From positions 192,001 through 256,000 of the forward strand of contig CAVWIP010000010.1 in the NCBI GenBank assembly GCA_963755125.1: a DNA stretch of 64,000 nt. The letters run 5' to 3'. Shown one piece after another: positions 1 through 8,839 of this stretch. The stretch's first letter is position 1, and the number at the start of each line of letters is the position of its first letter. A program made the position numbers and the translations under genes. The DNA comes from an uncultured delta proteobacterium (lineage in GTDB: Bacteria > Myxococcota_A > Polyangia > Fen-1088). The notes under the pieces were generated by a model. The model was given only the letters and a program-made list of their open reading frames with translations. It was not told the DNA's origin and ran no database searches.

Positions 1-2
1 AC

Positions 3-809
3 GCTGGCGTCACCACCACGGCCAACATCGTCCTGACCGCCTTCACCGATCTCTTGCAGGCCAATTCCTACCGCATGCCTATCAACGAGCCGACCGTTCT
101 CGACTCTTGGTGGAATTCATACAAGGCCGCCATCGACGTCGGAATCGCCAAGGGAATGAAGGTGATCATCGGCTACTGGGCGTCAAACAAGACCATTGGC
201 ACACCGGCCGACATCCCCACGTGGTACAGCATGTGGCAAGTCGTGATTGATGCCTACGTGAGCAATCCGCTGGTGTATTACGACATCCATAACGAGCCAC
301 ACGGCTATACGCCGCAGCAGTGGACCGCTACGGCCCTTGCCTGGATCGCGCACTTCCCCAACGTGCCTAGCAAACAGATCATTGTGGCTGGCAGCGGATG
401 GGACGACAACGTGGCGAATGTGGCCGCTTCCTTCCCTGGCCTGATGATGGAGGTGCATGATTACGCGGACAACGGCCCGACGACCCAGGCAGGGTGGAAT
501 TCCGACCTGCTGGGGCGCCTTGGCAACGCTGTCAGCCGCACCATTGTCGGCGAGTGGGCGGGCAACGTGATCGAGGACTTCACCACCGGGATCGATGGCG
601 ACGCAAACAAGTCCTTTATCGTTGGTATGGCCGACACGATCTACAACAACAAGATGGGAAGCTGCTGGTGGGCAGGTGCGTTTGCCCCCAGCGGAGGCAC
701 CTCGGGCACGACCTTCCTCGTTCAGAAGGGGACCGGAGCCACTATGACCTACACCATCCAGGGTGCAGCCTCCCTCGCCTACGTTCAGCACTCGTGGGGC
801 CTCAACTGA
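3..809 (+). CDS. Glycoside hydrolase family 5 (cellulase superfamily), 5' end outside window
   Basis: Frame is open from position 3. GH5 motifs: RMPIN, HNEPH (acid/base), EVHDY, IVGEW (nucleophile), CWW. Confidence 0.75.
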   Translation, partial: AGVTTTANIVLTAFTDLLQANSYRMPINEPTVLDSWWNSYKAAIDVGIAKGMKVIIGYWASNKTIGTPADIPTWYSMWQVVIDAYVSNPLVYYDIHNEPHGYTPQQWTATALAWIAHFPNVPSKQIIVAGSGWDDNVANVAASFPGLMMEVHDYADNGPTTQAGWNSDLLGRLGNAVSRTIVGEWAGNVIEDFTTGIDGDANKSFIVGMADTIYNNKMGSCWWAGAFAPSGGTSGTTFLVQKGTGATMTYTIQGAASLAYVQHSWGLN

Positions 810-913
810 GCTGACGCCTGGTACCAGCCATTTCCCGGACCTGTGCGCTTGATCACAGCCGCTGTGAAAAAGCCATCCCGTCTTCCTAATCAGTCGTACA
901 ATGTCCCTGAGCC

Positions 914-1702
914 ATGAAGGAACGCGAGGTCCGGCAGCGCATCGAGAGCTTCCTCAAGCGGACGGCACGCGAGCTGGTTGTGCCGGCATCGGTAGGTCTG
1001 GGCCTGGCGCTCAGCGGGTGCGACCATACTGGACTCAAGGTCGCCCGGGACGCGGCGGCAGATACGGCCCGGTCGGCCTCGCCCGACACCATCCTGGCCG
1101 ACGCGACGCTTGCGAAGGACAGCGTCGCCAACAATCCGGACCTGGCCAATCAGCCGGACTTGCGCCTGCCGGACGCCAGCATGCCTGCTCCTGATGCGCG
1201 CCAAGCGGACCTGCCTGCCCAGATCGTTCCGTACGGGGTATTCATACCGCCGGATGCGACTGTGCCCGACACGCGCGCCGATGCGGGTCGGCCAGACGCG
1301 GGCACGGATGTGGAGGCGGGTACCGCGGACGCACGCGACGATGTTCGCACCCCGGACGCGCGGCCCGACACGCGCCAGGCCGATCTGCCTACCATCGCGC
1401 CGCCCTACATGGTCGCGCCCTTGCCAGATGCTGCGCAGGACATGCCGACGGTCATGCCCCCGTACATGTCCCCGCCGCCCTACATGGCGGCGCCCTTCGA
1501 CCCGCCTCAGCTTCCCCCTGACTCGCCGCCCGCTCCCTCACCGCCTCCTGCCCCGCCGCCACCAACACCGGCGTACCTGGGGACTTCCTTCGGCCCAACT
1601 CCCCCGCCACCGCCTCCGCCTTCTCCGCCCGCCCTCCCCACCGTGACGCCGCCAGCGACGGTGTTGCCCACGCCGGTGCCTCCAGCCAAGGCACCGGAGT
1701 AA
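914..1702 (+). CDS. Pro/Asp/Ala-rich lipoprotein, candidate substrate of the adjacent radical SAM enzyme
   Basis: Basic N-region and lipobox LALSG-C36. Low-complexity body with RQADLP twice and Tyr motifs VPYG, PPYM x3, PAYL. Ends 39 bp upstream of the rSAM gene. Confidence 0.75.
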   Translation: MKEREVRQRIESFLKRTARELVVPASVGLGLALSGCDHTGLKVARDAAADTARSASPDTILADATLAKDSVANNPDLANQPDLRLPDASMPAPDARQADLPAQIVPYGVFIPPDATVPDTRADAGRPDAGTDVEAGTADARDDVRTPDARPDTRQADLPTIAPPYMVAPLPDAAQDMPTVMPPYMSPPPYMAAPFDPPQLPPDSPPAPSPPPAPPPPTPAYLGTSFGPTPPPPPPPSPPALPTVTPPATVLPTPVPPAKAPE

Positions 1703-1741
1703 GGCGCGAGCCCTGGCAGCGGAACGAAACTGGAGCCATCG

Positions 1742-2875
1742 GTGCTGGAAGTATTGAAGCGGGCCGGGATGGTCCCGCGCGCCTGCGCGTGGGAGCTGAC
1801 CCTGGGGTGCAATCTGCGCTGCCGACACTGCGGCTCGGCGGCAGGTCCTCGGCGCGCCGACGAGCTGACCCTGGAAGAATGCCTGCGCGTGGCCGACGAG
1901 CTGGGCGCCCTGGGATGCCAGCGCGCGACCCTGACCGGGGGTGAACCCACGCTTTACCCGGACTGGGACGTGGTGGGCAAGCGGCTGGCCCAGCACATCC
2001 CCGAGGTCAGCCTGATCTCCAACGGCTGGGTGTGGACCGCCCGCCATGCCCAGCAGGCCAAAGCGGCTGGCTTGCGCGGCGTCGCCTTCAGCCTGGACGG
2101 GCTGGAGAAGGAACACGACTGCTTCCGCGCCGAGGGATCGTTCCGGCGCGTGGTCGATGCCGTGGGGCACACCTTGGCCGCGGGCCTGCCCGTCGGCATC
2201 AACACCACGATTCACCGTCTCAACAGCCGCCAGCTTCCCCAGTTGCGCCAGTTTCTCATCGACCTCGGCGTGCGCCACTGGCAATTGCAGTTCGCCATCG
2301 CCACCGGGACCATGGCCGAAAATCGCGACCTGGTCGCGCCACCCGAGGAGCGGCTATGGCTGATCCCGCAGATCGCAGAGCTGTGCCGGGCCCGCGACAG
2401 CCGCATCGCGATCTACGCCAGCGACCACGTGGGCTACTTCGGCATGCCTGAACGCGACCTGCGCACCGGCGACACTTCAATGCCATTCTGGCTGGGTTGC
2501 CGCGCCGGCTGCCACGTGCTTGGCATCGAGAGCAATGGCAACGTGAAGGGCTGCCTGTCGCTGCCCTCGCAGGTCCAGGGCGAAAGCCGCTTTGTCGAGG
2601 GCAACCTGCGCCAGTCCAGCCTGCGCGACATCTGGAACCGCAAAGGAGGTTTCGCCTACAACCGCGAGTTCCGGGTTGAGCAACTGGGCGGGTTCTGCGC
2701 CGTGTGCCGCTTTCGCGACATCTGCCGGGGCGGCTGCACCTGGACCATGTACGCCGAATCACCGACCCTGGCCACGGGTAATCCCCACTGCTTCTACCAC
2801 CAGGCGGTCAAGCACGGCCGCCATGATCTGCTGGACGAGGAGCCCACCGCCGAGGAAAAAGCCTACTTCGGCTAG
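1742..2875 (+). CDS. Radical SAM/SPASM peptide or protein maturase (PlpX splicease-like)
   Basis: CNLRCRHC (CxxxCxxC), TGGEP, SLDG. SPASM domain GCRAG..LGIESNGNVKGCLSLP and CAVCRFRDICRGGC..NPHC. Confidence 0.9.
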   Translation: MLEVLKRAGMVPRACAWELTLGCNLRCRHCGSAAGPRRADELTLEECLRVADELGALGCQRATLTGGEPTLYPDWDVVGKRLAQHIPEVSLISNGWVWTARHAQQAKAAGLRGVAFSLDGLEKEHDCFRAEGSFRRVVDAVGHTLAAGLPVGINTTIHRLNSRQLPQLRQFLIDLGVRHWQLQFAIATGTMAENRDLVAPPEERLWLIPQIAELCRARDSRIAIYASDHVGYFGMPERDLRTGDTSMPFWLGCRAGCHVLGIESNGNVKGCLSLPSQVQGESRFVEGNLRQSSLRDIWNRKGGFAYNREFRVEQLGGFCAVCRFRDICRGGCTWTMYAESPTLATGNPHCFYHQAVKHGRHDLLDEEPTAEEKAYFG

Positions 2876-4107
2876 TGCGTCCCTGCCTGGGCGGCGTAGT
2901 CGTCCAGCAGTTCCTCCATCCGTGCGAAGACCTGGGCCATGGTGTCCTCGTCGGGGAGAAGCGTGATGCGGAAGTGATCGCGGTAGGGCACGTTGAAGCT
3001 GGTGCCCGGGGCCACCAGCACGTGCTTGCGTTCCAGCAAGTCGAGCGCGAATTTCTGGTCGTCGAAACCCGGCAGCTTGCTGGCGTCCACCCGCACAAAG
3101 GCGTACATGGCCCCGCGGGGCGGGACCACCGACAGATACTTACTGCGCTGGCAACCGTCGAGAACCGCCGCGCGCGTCTGGAACAGACGGCCGCCCGGCC
3201 GCACCAGATCGCGGATCGACTGGTAGCCACCGAGAGCAGTCTGCACGGCCCACTGGCCCACAACATTGGAGCACAGCCGCAGCGACGCGATGGTGTCCAG
3301 GCCCGTCAGGTACTCGCGCGCGTGGTCCTTCTCGCCCGAGAAGGTCAGCCAGCCCACACGAAAGCCGCAGGCCCGGTACACCTTGGACAGGCCGGAGAAA
3401 GTCCCGCACAGGGTGTGTCTGGCCAGCGTCGCCACCGGCGTGTACTCGGCCCCGTCGTAGGTCATCTGGTCGTAGATCTCGTCTGAGAACACCACCAGGT
3501 CGTGCGACTCGGCGATATCGACCATCTTGGCCAGCACTTCGCGCGGATAGACCGCGCCGGTCGGGTTGTTGGGCGAGATGATGACCAGGGCGCGCGTGCG
3601 CGGTGTCACCAGGCGCGCAAGTTTGTCGAGGTCAGGCAGCCAGCTGTCCTCGGGCACGCACGGGTAGTGCACGGCGGCGCCGTCGGCCAGATGGGTGGCG
3701 GCCGTCCACAGGGGATAATCGGGGCTGGGCACCAACACCTCGTCCCCCTGGTTGAGCAAGGCGCGCAGCGAGAACAGGATCAGTTCACTCACCCCGTTGC
3801 CGATGAAGACATCCTCGGCGTTGGCGTCCATGATCCCGCGGCTTTGCTGCTGCATCACCACCGCCTCGCGGGCCGAGAAGATTCCCTTCTGGTGGCAATA
3901 GGGATCGGCGTCGCGCAGATTCTCGATCATCGCCAGGCGCATGGTTTCGGGCGCACGAAACCCGAAGGCGCCGGGATTGCCGATGTTCAGCTTGACGATC
4001 TCGTGTCCCGCCTTCTCCAGTTCGGCCGCCCGACGCGCCAGTGGACCGCGGATTTCGTAGCGGACGTTGGCAAGCTGGGAGCTGGCTTGAATTCTCTTGG
4101 GAGACAT
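2872..4107 (-). CDS. alaA: PLP-dependent class I/II aminotransferase, alanine transaminase AlaA/AlaT type
   Basis: VRYEIRGP, KLNIGNP, NPNNPTG-like SPNNPTG, SDEIY, GLSKVYRACGFRVGW (PLP Lys). Start moved to ATG 4107 (MSPKRI). Confidence 0.9.
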   Translation of the reverse strand: MSPKRIQASSQLANVRYEIRGPLARRAAELEKAGHEIVKLNIGNPGAFGFRAPETMRLAMIENLRDADPYCHQKGIFSAREAVVMQQQSRGIMDANAEDVFIGNGVSELILFSLRALLNQGDEVLVPSPDYPLWTAATHLADGAAVHYPCVPEDSWLPDLDKLARLVTPRTRALVIISPNNPTGAVYPREVLAKMVDIAESHDLVVFSDEIYDQMTYDGAEYTPVATLARHTLCGTFSGLSKVYRACGFRVGWLTFSGEKDHAREYLTGLDTIASLRLCSNVVGQWAVQTALGGYQSIRDLVRPGGRLFQTRAAVLDGCQRSKYLSVVPPRGAMYAFVRVDASKLPGFDDQKFALDLLERKHVLVAPGTSFNVPYRDHFRITLLPDEDTMAQVFARMEELLDDYAAQAGTH

Positions 4108-4247
4108 CGTGACCTCGGACGAAATCTCCCAGAAACCGGCGGCGCGCGCCAGATCTTGTTCACAGTTGGCGCAGTGGCAATCGTGTCCGAACATGGTCCT
4201 GCCAATCCCTGGTTGTCCGAAACCGCAAGTCACGCTAACGTGCTGGC

Positions 4248-4949
4248 ATGTTCCGCCAAACAATGGTGTCTATTGTGGTTTCGGCGCTGGTGGCCCTGGG
4301 CGTTTCCTATGCCTCGATCCACGGCGATTTGTTCCGCCGTTCAGTCGACGTTCCCACGGTCGTCGGATCCAACGTCGATACAGCTCGCTCGGCACTCGAC
4401 CAGTCCGGGTTGATGTTGGTCGTCGCCGAGGATCGGGAGGACACGGCGGCGCCGCCAGGTCAGATCCTGGTCCAGCACCCGCTGCCTGGGTCCAAGCTGC
4501 ACACGGGCGAGCCGGTGAACGTGGTGGTTGCCCGCGCGCCTACCCTGGTCAAGGTGCCCAATGTGGTCGGCCAACTGGTGGGCGAAGCCCGCCTGCGCCT
4601 GGAAAAGGCTCGCCTCACCGTCAGCAACGTGGTCGAGGAGCCCCATCCCACCCTCGGTGTGGGCATGGTCATCACGCAAAGCATGGCCGAGGGCTCTGAA
4701 GTGCGATCCGGAACCGGACTGGAGCTGAAAGTGTCTAAGGGCGCCGAGACCGTCACCGTGCCGGCTGTGGTCGGCAAGGGGTTGTCCAAGGCCAAGGAAC
4801 TGCTGACCCAGGCCGGGTTGACGGTGGGACAGGTCCGCTATGGTTCCAACGACGATCGCAGCCCGGGCGTCGTACTCGAGCAGAAGCCCGCTGCCAACCA
4901 GACCCTGGGCAAAGGCCTGGCGGTGGATCTGGTCGTGAATAGCGACTGA
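4248..4949 (+). CDS. Membrane-anchored protein with three PASTA domains and no catalytic domain
   Basis: N-terminal hydrophobic helix, then three repeats beginning VPTVVG, VPNVVG, VPAVVG with G(Q/M/V)(I/V)(L/I)xQ motifs. Alternative start at 4263. Confidence 0.85.
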   Translation: MFRQTMVSIVVSALVALGVSYASIHGDLFRRSVDVPTVVGSNVDTARSALDQSGLMLVVAEDREDTAAPPGQILVQHPLPGSKLHTGEPVNVVVARAPTLVKVPNVVGQLVGEARLRLEKARLTVSNVVEEPHPTLGVGMVITQSMAEGSEVRSGTGLELKVSKGAETVTVPAVVGKGLSKAKELLTQAGLTVGQVRYGSNDDRSPGVVLEQKPAANQTLGKGLAVDLVVNSD

Positions 4950-4971
4950 GCCCGACCATCCAAGGTTCGCC

Positions 4972-5637
4972 ATGACTATCCGAAGTGTTCGCCCAGTATC
5001 CCTGGTTTTCGCCACACTCGGGCTTCTCCTGCTCGCCCCCGGCTCGGCCCTGGCCCAGTACCAGTACCCACCGCCCTATCCCACGTACGGGACGCCCGCC
5101 TATGGTCCGGCGGTCGACCGCTCGGGATTGTATCTGGGGATCGGCGCGTTCGGCGACGGCGTCATCAACCAGGCGAACTCCGCGGTGGATTTTCTCACCT
5201 CCGGGGCCGGCTACAATCTCATGCTTGGCTTCCGGCTAAGCCCGAACTTCGCGCTGGAATTCGGCCTTGGCCAGGGATTCCACAACGACGTGAGCGACGC
5301 ATGGGGTGATACGGTGGACTACCTGGTTCTCAGCCAGGTTACCGTCGATGCGAAACTGATCCTCCCGCTTCCGGGTGGGCAGATTCAGCCCTTCCTGCAG
5401 GGGGGCGTGGGCTTCTATGTTCTCGCCGACGCGTATGACTCGGAAATTGCATCAGGCGGTGGGTTCCAGCTGGGCGGCGGCCTCGATTTCTGGCTGAACC
5501 CCTGGTGGTCCGTCGGAGGCCGCCTGCTCTACCACGGCATCCAGTTCACCAGTTTCAACGAGCCGGAGGTCGGCAGGTCGAGTTCACCCTTCCTGAGTAC
5601 CGTGTCCCTCGAAGCCAACGCCCAGGTTCATTTCTGA
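4972..5637 (+). CDS. Outer-membrane beta-barrel protein (8-stranded OmpA/OmpW-like)
   Basis: Signal peptide ending ALA-Q, alternating hydrophobic strands, QPFLQGGVGFY, C-terminal Phe. Confidence 0.8.
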   Translation: MTIRSVRPVSLVFATLGLLLLAPGSALAQYQYPPPYPTYGTPAYGPAVDRSGLYLGIGAFGDGVINQANSAVDFLTSGAGYNLMLGFRLSPNFALEFGLGQGFHNDVSDAWGDTVDYLVLSQVTVDAKLILPLPGGQIQPFLQGGVGFYVLADAYDSEIASGGGFQLGGGLDFWLNPWWSVGGRLLYHGIQFTSFNEPEVGRSSSPFLSTVSLEANAQVHF

Positions 5638-5647
5638 GCGGCCAGCC

Positions 5648-7057
5648 ATGGGATCCGCATCTCGAGGCCGTCGGCGAAACGCCAAGGCTCGTGCCGCCGG
5701 TGCCCAAGCCGGCGTCACGAGCGAGCAGGGTTCTGCGTCCCCTCCTGAGTCCGAGCGGCCGGAAGGCGTTGCCGTGGAGGCTGATCCTCCGAATTCCCGC
5801 ACGGATGAGAAGGACGCGCGTATCCGAGAGCTGGAAGCGCGCGTCGCCGAGCTGGAGAAAATCGGCGAAAAGGCGAGCGCCGAGGCAGCCGCCGCTGTCG
5901 ACCAACGCAAGCAGGGCGAAGAGGCACTGCGCGTGGCCAATCTCCATCTCGCCGAGGCCGATCTGCGCAAGCACGAGTTTCTGGCTGCGCTCTCGCACGA
6001 GCTGCGAAACTCGCTGGCTTCCATCAAGAACAGCCTGTACCTCCTGGGCCGCGCGCCCGTGGGAGGTGAGCAGGCGCAGCGAGCCCAGGCTGCCATCGAG
6101 AAACAGGTCGATCAGCTCGGCCGGCTGATCGACGACCTGCTCGACGTGACTCGCATCGCGCGAAACAAGATCAAGCTTCAGCGCCAGCGGCTGGAGCTCA
6201 ACGGGCTCGTGCGGCACACCATGGAGGGTCTGCGCGCGCGCTTCGACAAGGCCGAGGTGCATCTCGAATTCCATCCCGCCCCCAGACCGATCTTCGTCGA
6301 CGGCGACTGGAATCGCCTGGCGCAAGTCATCGGCAACCTTCTACAGAACGCGGCCAAGTTCACCGGCCCAGGGGGAGCGACCCTGGTCACGGTCCACGCC
6401 GAAAGAGAAGAGGGGCGAGCCGTGATCCAGGTCGTGGACAGCGGCGTCGGTATGGCCCAAGAAACAGTCGCTTGCCTGTTCCAGCCCTTCGGTCAGGCTG
6501 ACGCCAGCTTGGACCGCAGCAAGGGCGGGCTGGGGCTCGGGCTGGCACTGGCGAAAGGGCTGGTCGATCTGCACGAGGGGCAGGTTGCGGCCCAGAGCGC
6601 GGGGCTCGAACAGGGGGCGGAATTCACCGTCCAGCTTCCGCTGGCGATGGAGGAAGCCGCCGAGCCGCCAGTTGGCAGCGAGGCCGCCCGCGGAAGACCC
6701 CGGCGGGTGCTGGTCATCGAGGACAATAGCGACGCGGCCGACAGCCTGCGCGAGGTGCTCATGCTCGGTAACCACGAGGTCGCGGTAGCGCATGACGGCC
6801 CGGAAAGCATTGCCCAGGCCCGCGAGTTCCGGCCCGAGATCGTGCTGTGCGACCTCGGCTTGCCTGGGATGGACGGATACGAAATCGCACGCGCGTTGCG
6901 GGCAGACGAATCATCGAAGGATGTCTTCCTGGTGGCGCTTAGCGGCCACACGCTTCCAGAAGATCTGCAGCGCGCCTCCGAGGCCGGCTTCCAGCGACAC
7001 CTGGCCAAGCCGCCCAGCCCGGAGAAGTTGGAGGAACTCCTCGCCGAGATTCCGTGA
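5648..7057 (+). CDS. Cytoplasmic hybrid histidine kinase / response regulator (HisKA-HATPase-REC)
   Basis: H-box LSHELRN, N-box NLLQNAAKF, G1 DSGVG, G2 GLGLGL. Receiver VLVIED..CDLGLPGMDG..AKP. Confidence 0.92.
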   Translation: MGSASRGRRRNAKARAAGAQAGVTSEQGSASPPESERPEGVAVEADPPNSRTDEKDARIRELEARVAELEKIGEKASAEAAAAVDQRKQGEEALRVANLHLAEADLRKHEFLAALSHELRNSLASIKNSLYLLGRAPVGGEQAQRAQAAIEKQVDQLGRLIDDLLDVTRIARNKIKLQRQRLELNGLVRHTMEGLRARFDKAEVHLEFHPAPRPIFVDGDWNRLAQVIGNLLQNAAKFTGPGGATLVTVHAEREEGRAVIQVVDSGVGMAQETVACLFQPFGQADASLDRSKGGLGLGLALAKGLVDLHEGQVAAQSAGLEQGAEFTVQLPLAMEEAAEPPVGSEAARGRPRRVLVIEDNSDAADSLREVLMLGNHEVAVAHDGPESIAQAREFRPEIVLCDLGLPGMDGYEIARALRADESSKDVFLVALSGHTLPEDLQRASEAGFQRHLAKPPSPEKLEELLAEIP

Positions 7058-7081
7058 TGCCGGCTGGCCTTGACCCTGCGA

Positions 7082-8545
7082 CTATTGACAGACGAGAGGA
7101 ACCGCGGGTATCGGCGTGATGAACGTCGGATCGTGCGCCGCCGTGTCCGCAGTCAACGTGCCAGGGTGTGCGGTGTGCCCGGCGGTAGTCACGGAGTCGG
7201 CCGCACTGGTCGCACCGGACGCATCGTCGAACTTCCAGTATCCGACCAGGCCCGCCTCGTTACCCACCAGCGGCTTGTTGTAGTTGGCTAGGATGTCAGC
7301 AGCGCTGCGGGCAACATTCCATACGCGAAACTCGGAAAAGTCGCCATTGAAGCAATTCTTGTTGGTCGGGTTACAACCGATGTACAGGATCGACTGCGCG
7401 GTGGCGAGCGCCGTCACGCCGCCAGTTGCGCTGATCGTGATCTTGGGGAGGCCGTTGACATAGGTTACCAGGACCGTCTGATCCCAGGTCATCGCGATAT
7501 GCACCCACTGGTCGGTTGACGAGTTGATGCCGAGGTCAACCGTGCTGTCAGAGGTAAAACCACCGTTGGTGAACGGGTTCAGGGTGGCGTGATTGGTCGG
7601 ACTCCCTGTCACCGGGTTGGTGCCGAAGTCGAGGCCGAATGCCATCGCCGTGCCTGCACTGCCATAGTAATAGAGCTCGTTGTGCTCGCCGACCCAGTCC
7701 GTGGTCTTGATGTAAGCCCAGAACTCGACGGTGCGCGGTGAGTTGCCGATTGGCAGATCAGTCTTCATGTCCACTTCGACATGCGCGTAGGCCGTGTCGG
7801 GGGCCGAGCCGGTTGCGTTGGAACTCAGCGAAAGCACGCGCGGCGCGCAGGCCGTCGTGCCGGTGGATCCGCCGCTGCTTCCGCCAGCGCTGCTGGCTCC
7901 ACCTTGGCTACTGGTGCCTCCCGCCGCGCCAGCGCTTCCGCCCGCGCCACCCGTGGATGAACCTCCGGTTCTGGAACCACCTGCGCCGGCTCCGCCACCA
8001 GCGGAGCCGCCCGTCTTGGTGGCGCCGCCGCTGAACGAGCCACCGGTTGCACTTGCCCCGCCGCTGGCCGAGCCGCCCGCTACACTCGCGCCACCGCTGG
8101 CCGAGCCACCTGTCGCGCTGGCGCCACCGCTGGCAGAACCGCCGGTTGCACTCGTCCCGCCGCTGGCGGAGCCGCCCCCTACACTAGCGCCGCCGCTGGC
8201 CGAGCCACCTGTCGTGCTGGCGCCGCCACTGGCAGAACCACCCGTCGCGCTCGCCCCGCCACTGGCCGAGGCGCTGGTCGCGCTGGCCCCACCCCCTCCT
8301 GTCCCGCCTTGCGTCGCGCCGCCAGTCGAAGGGGTGCTGCTGGCACCCGCCATGCCGCTGCCACCGCTTCCGCCCCTAGCGGGCTGGGTTGTGCCACCGG
8401 ACGGACTCGCGTCACGAGGAGTCTGGCTGTTACTCGCTGAACTGCAGCCAACACCGATTCCCGCCGCACACAACAGCACAAAAGCGGCCGTGAAGTGAAC
8501 CCGCAATTGCGATCTTCCAATCCATCCAGTTTGCATTGCATGCAC
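7082..8545 (-). CDS. Lipoprotein with Gly/Ser linker and C-terminal LamG/concanavalin-like domain
   Basis: Lipobox GVG-C, GGSASGG repeats. LamG motifs TVEFW, WVHIAMTWD, YVNG, FNGDFSEFRVWN, GLVGYWKFD. Confidence 0.85.
   Translation of the reverse strand: MHAMQTGWIGRSQLRVHFTAAFVLLCAAGIGVGCSSASNSQTPRDASPSGGTTQPARGGSGGSGMAGASSTPSTGGATQGGTGGGGASATSASASGGASATGGSASGGASTTGGSASGGASVGGGSASGGTSATGGSASGGASATGGSASGGASVAGGSASGGASATGGSFSGGATKTGGSAGGGAGAGGSRTGGSSTGGAGGSAGAAGGTSSQGGASSAGGSSGGSTGTTACAPRVLSLSSNATGSAPDTAYAHVEVDMKTDLPIGNSPRTVEFWAYIKTTDWVGEHNELYYYGSAGTAMAFGLDFGTNPVTGSPTNHATLNPFTNGGFTSDSTVDLGINSSTDQWVHIAMTWDQTVLVTYVNGLPKITISATGGVTALATAQSILYIGCNPTNKNCFNGDFSEFRVWNVARSAADILANYNKPLVGNEAGLVGYWKFDDASGATSAADSVTTAGHTAHPGTLTADTAAHDPTFITPIPAVPLVCQ
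7991..8287 (-). repeat. Intragenic 33-bp tandem repeat, about 9 copies (ASATGGSASGG)
   Basis: 11-aa periodicity is visible in the translation and as recurrent ccgctggc(c/a/g)ga(g/a)cc on the + strand. Confidence 0.85.
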
Positions 8546-8839
8546 CCTTCGCGAAAAAGTGGTCTAGCTATGGTCGCCGGAGGATCGCGCAGTTCTCCGT
8601 CAAAGACAAGGCTGGTTCGCTCACCGTCGTCCCGTAACAAGTGGAGCGAAGTAGCGGATCGTCTCGGAAAGGACAGGTCCATTCCATCACCAAGCCGCGC
8701 ACCCAGTCGGAGCCGTCGGCGGCGGCGGCCGCGCTTCTGCTCGTCTTCGTGGCCACGTGCTCGACCTTCCGCGGCTATCGCGAGATTAGAGTCAGGTTCT
8801 TCCGTTGACCGGTGCGGCGCCAGCAGCTACGCTGCCATC

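Noticed and set aside
1742..2875. PqqE or NirJ/AhbCD cofactor-biosynthesis assignment for the rSAM
   Set aside because: No pqq, nir or ahb genes are nearby, and the SPASM motifs and upstream Tyr-motif protein fit a peptide maturase better. It is not formally excluded without an HMM search.
8495..8839. Ser/Arg-rich N-terminal extension of KduI
   Set aside because: No KduI similarity, and it overlaps the divergent LamG gene start. It is an open frame in GC-rich intergenic DNA.
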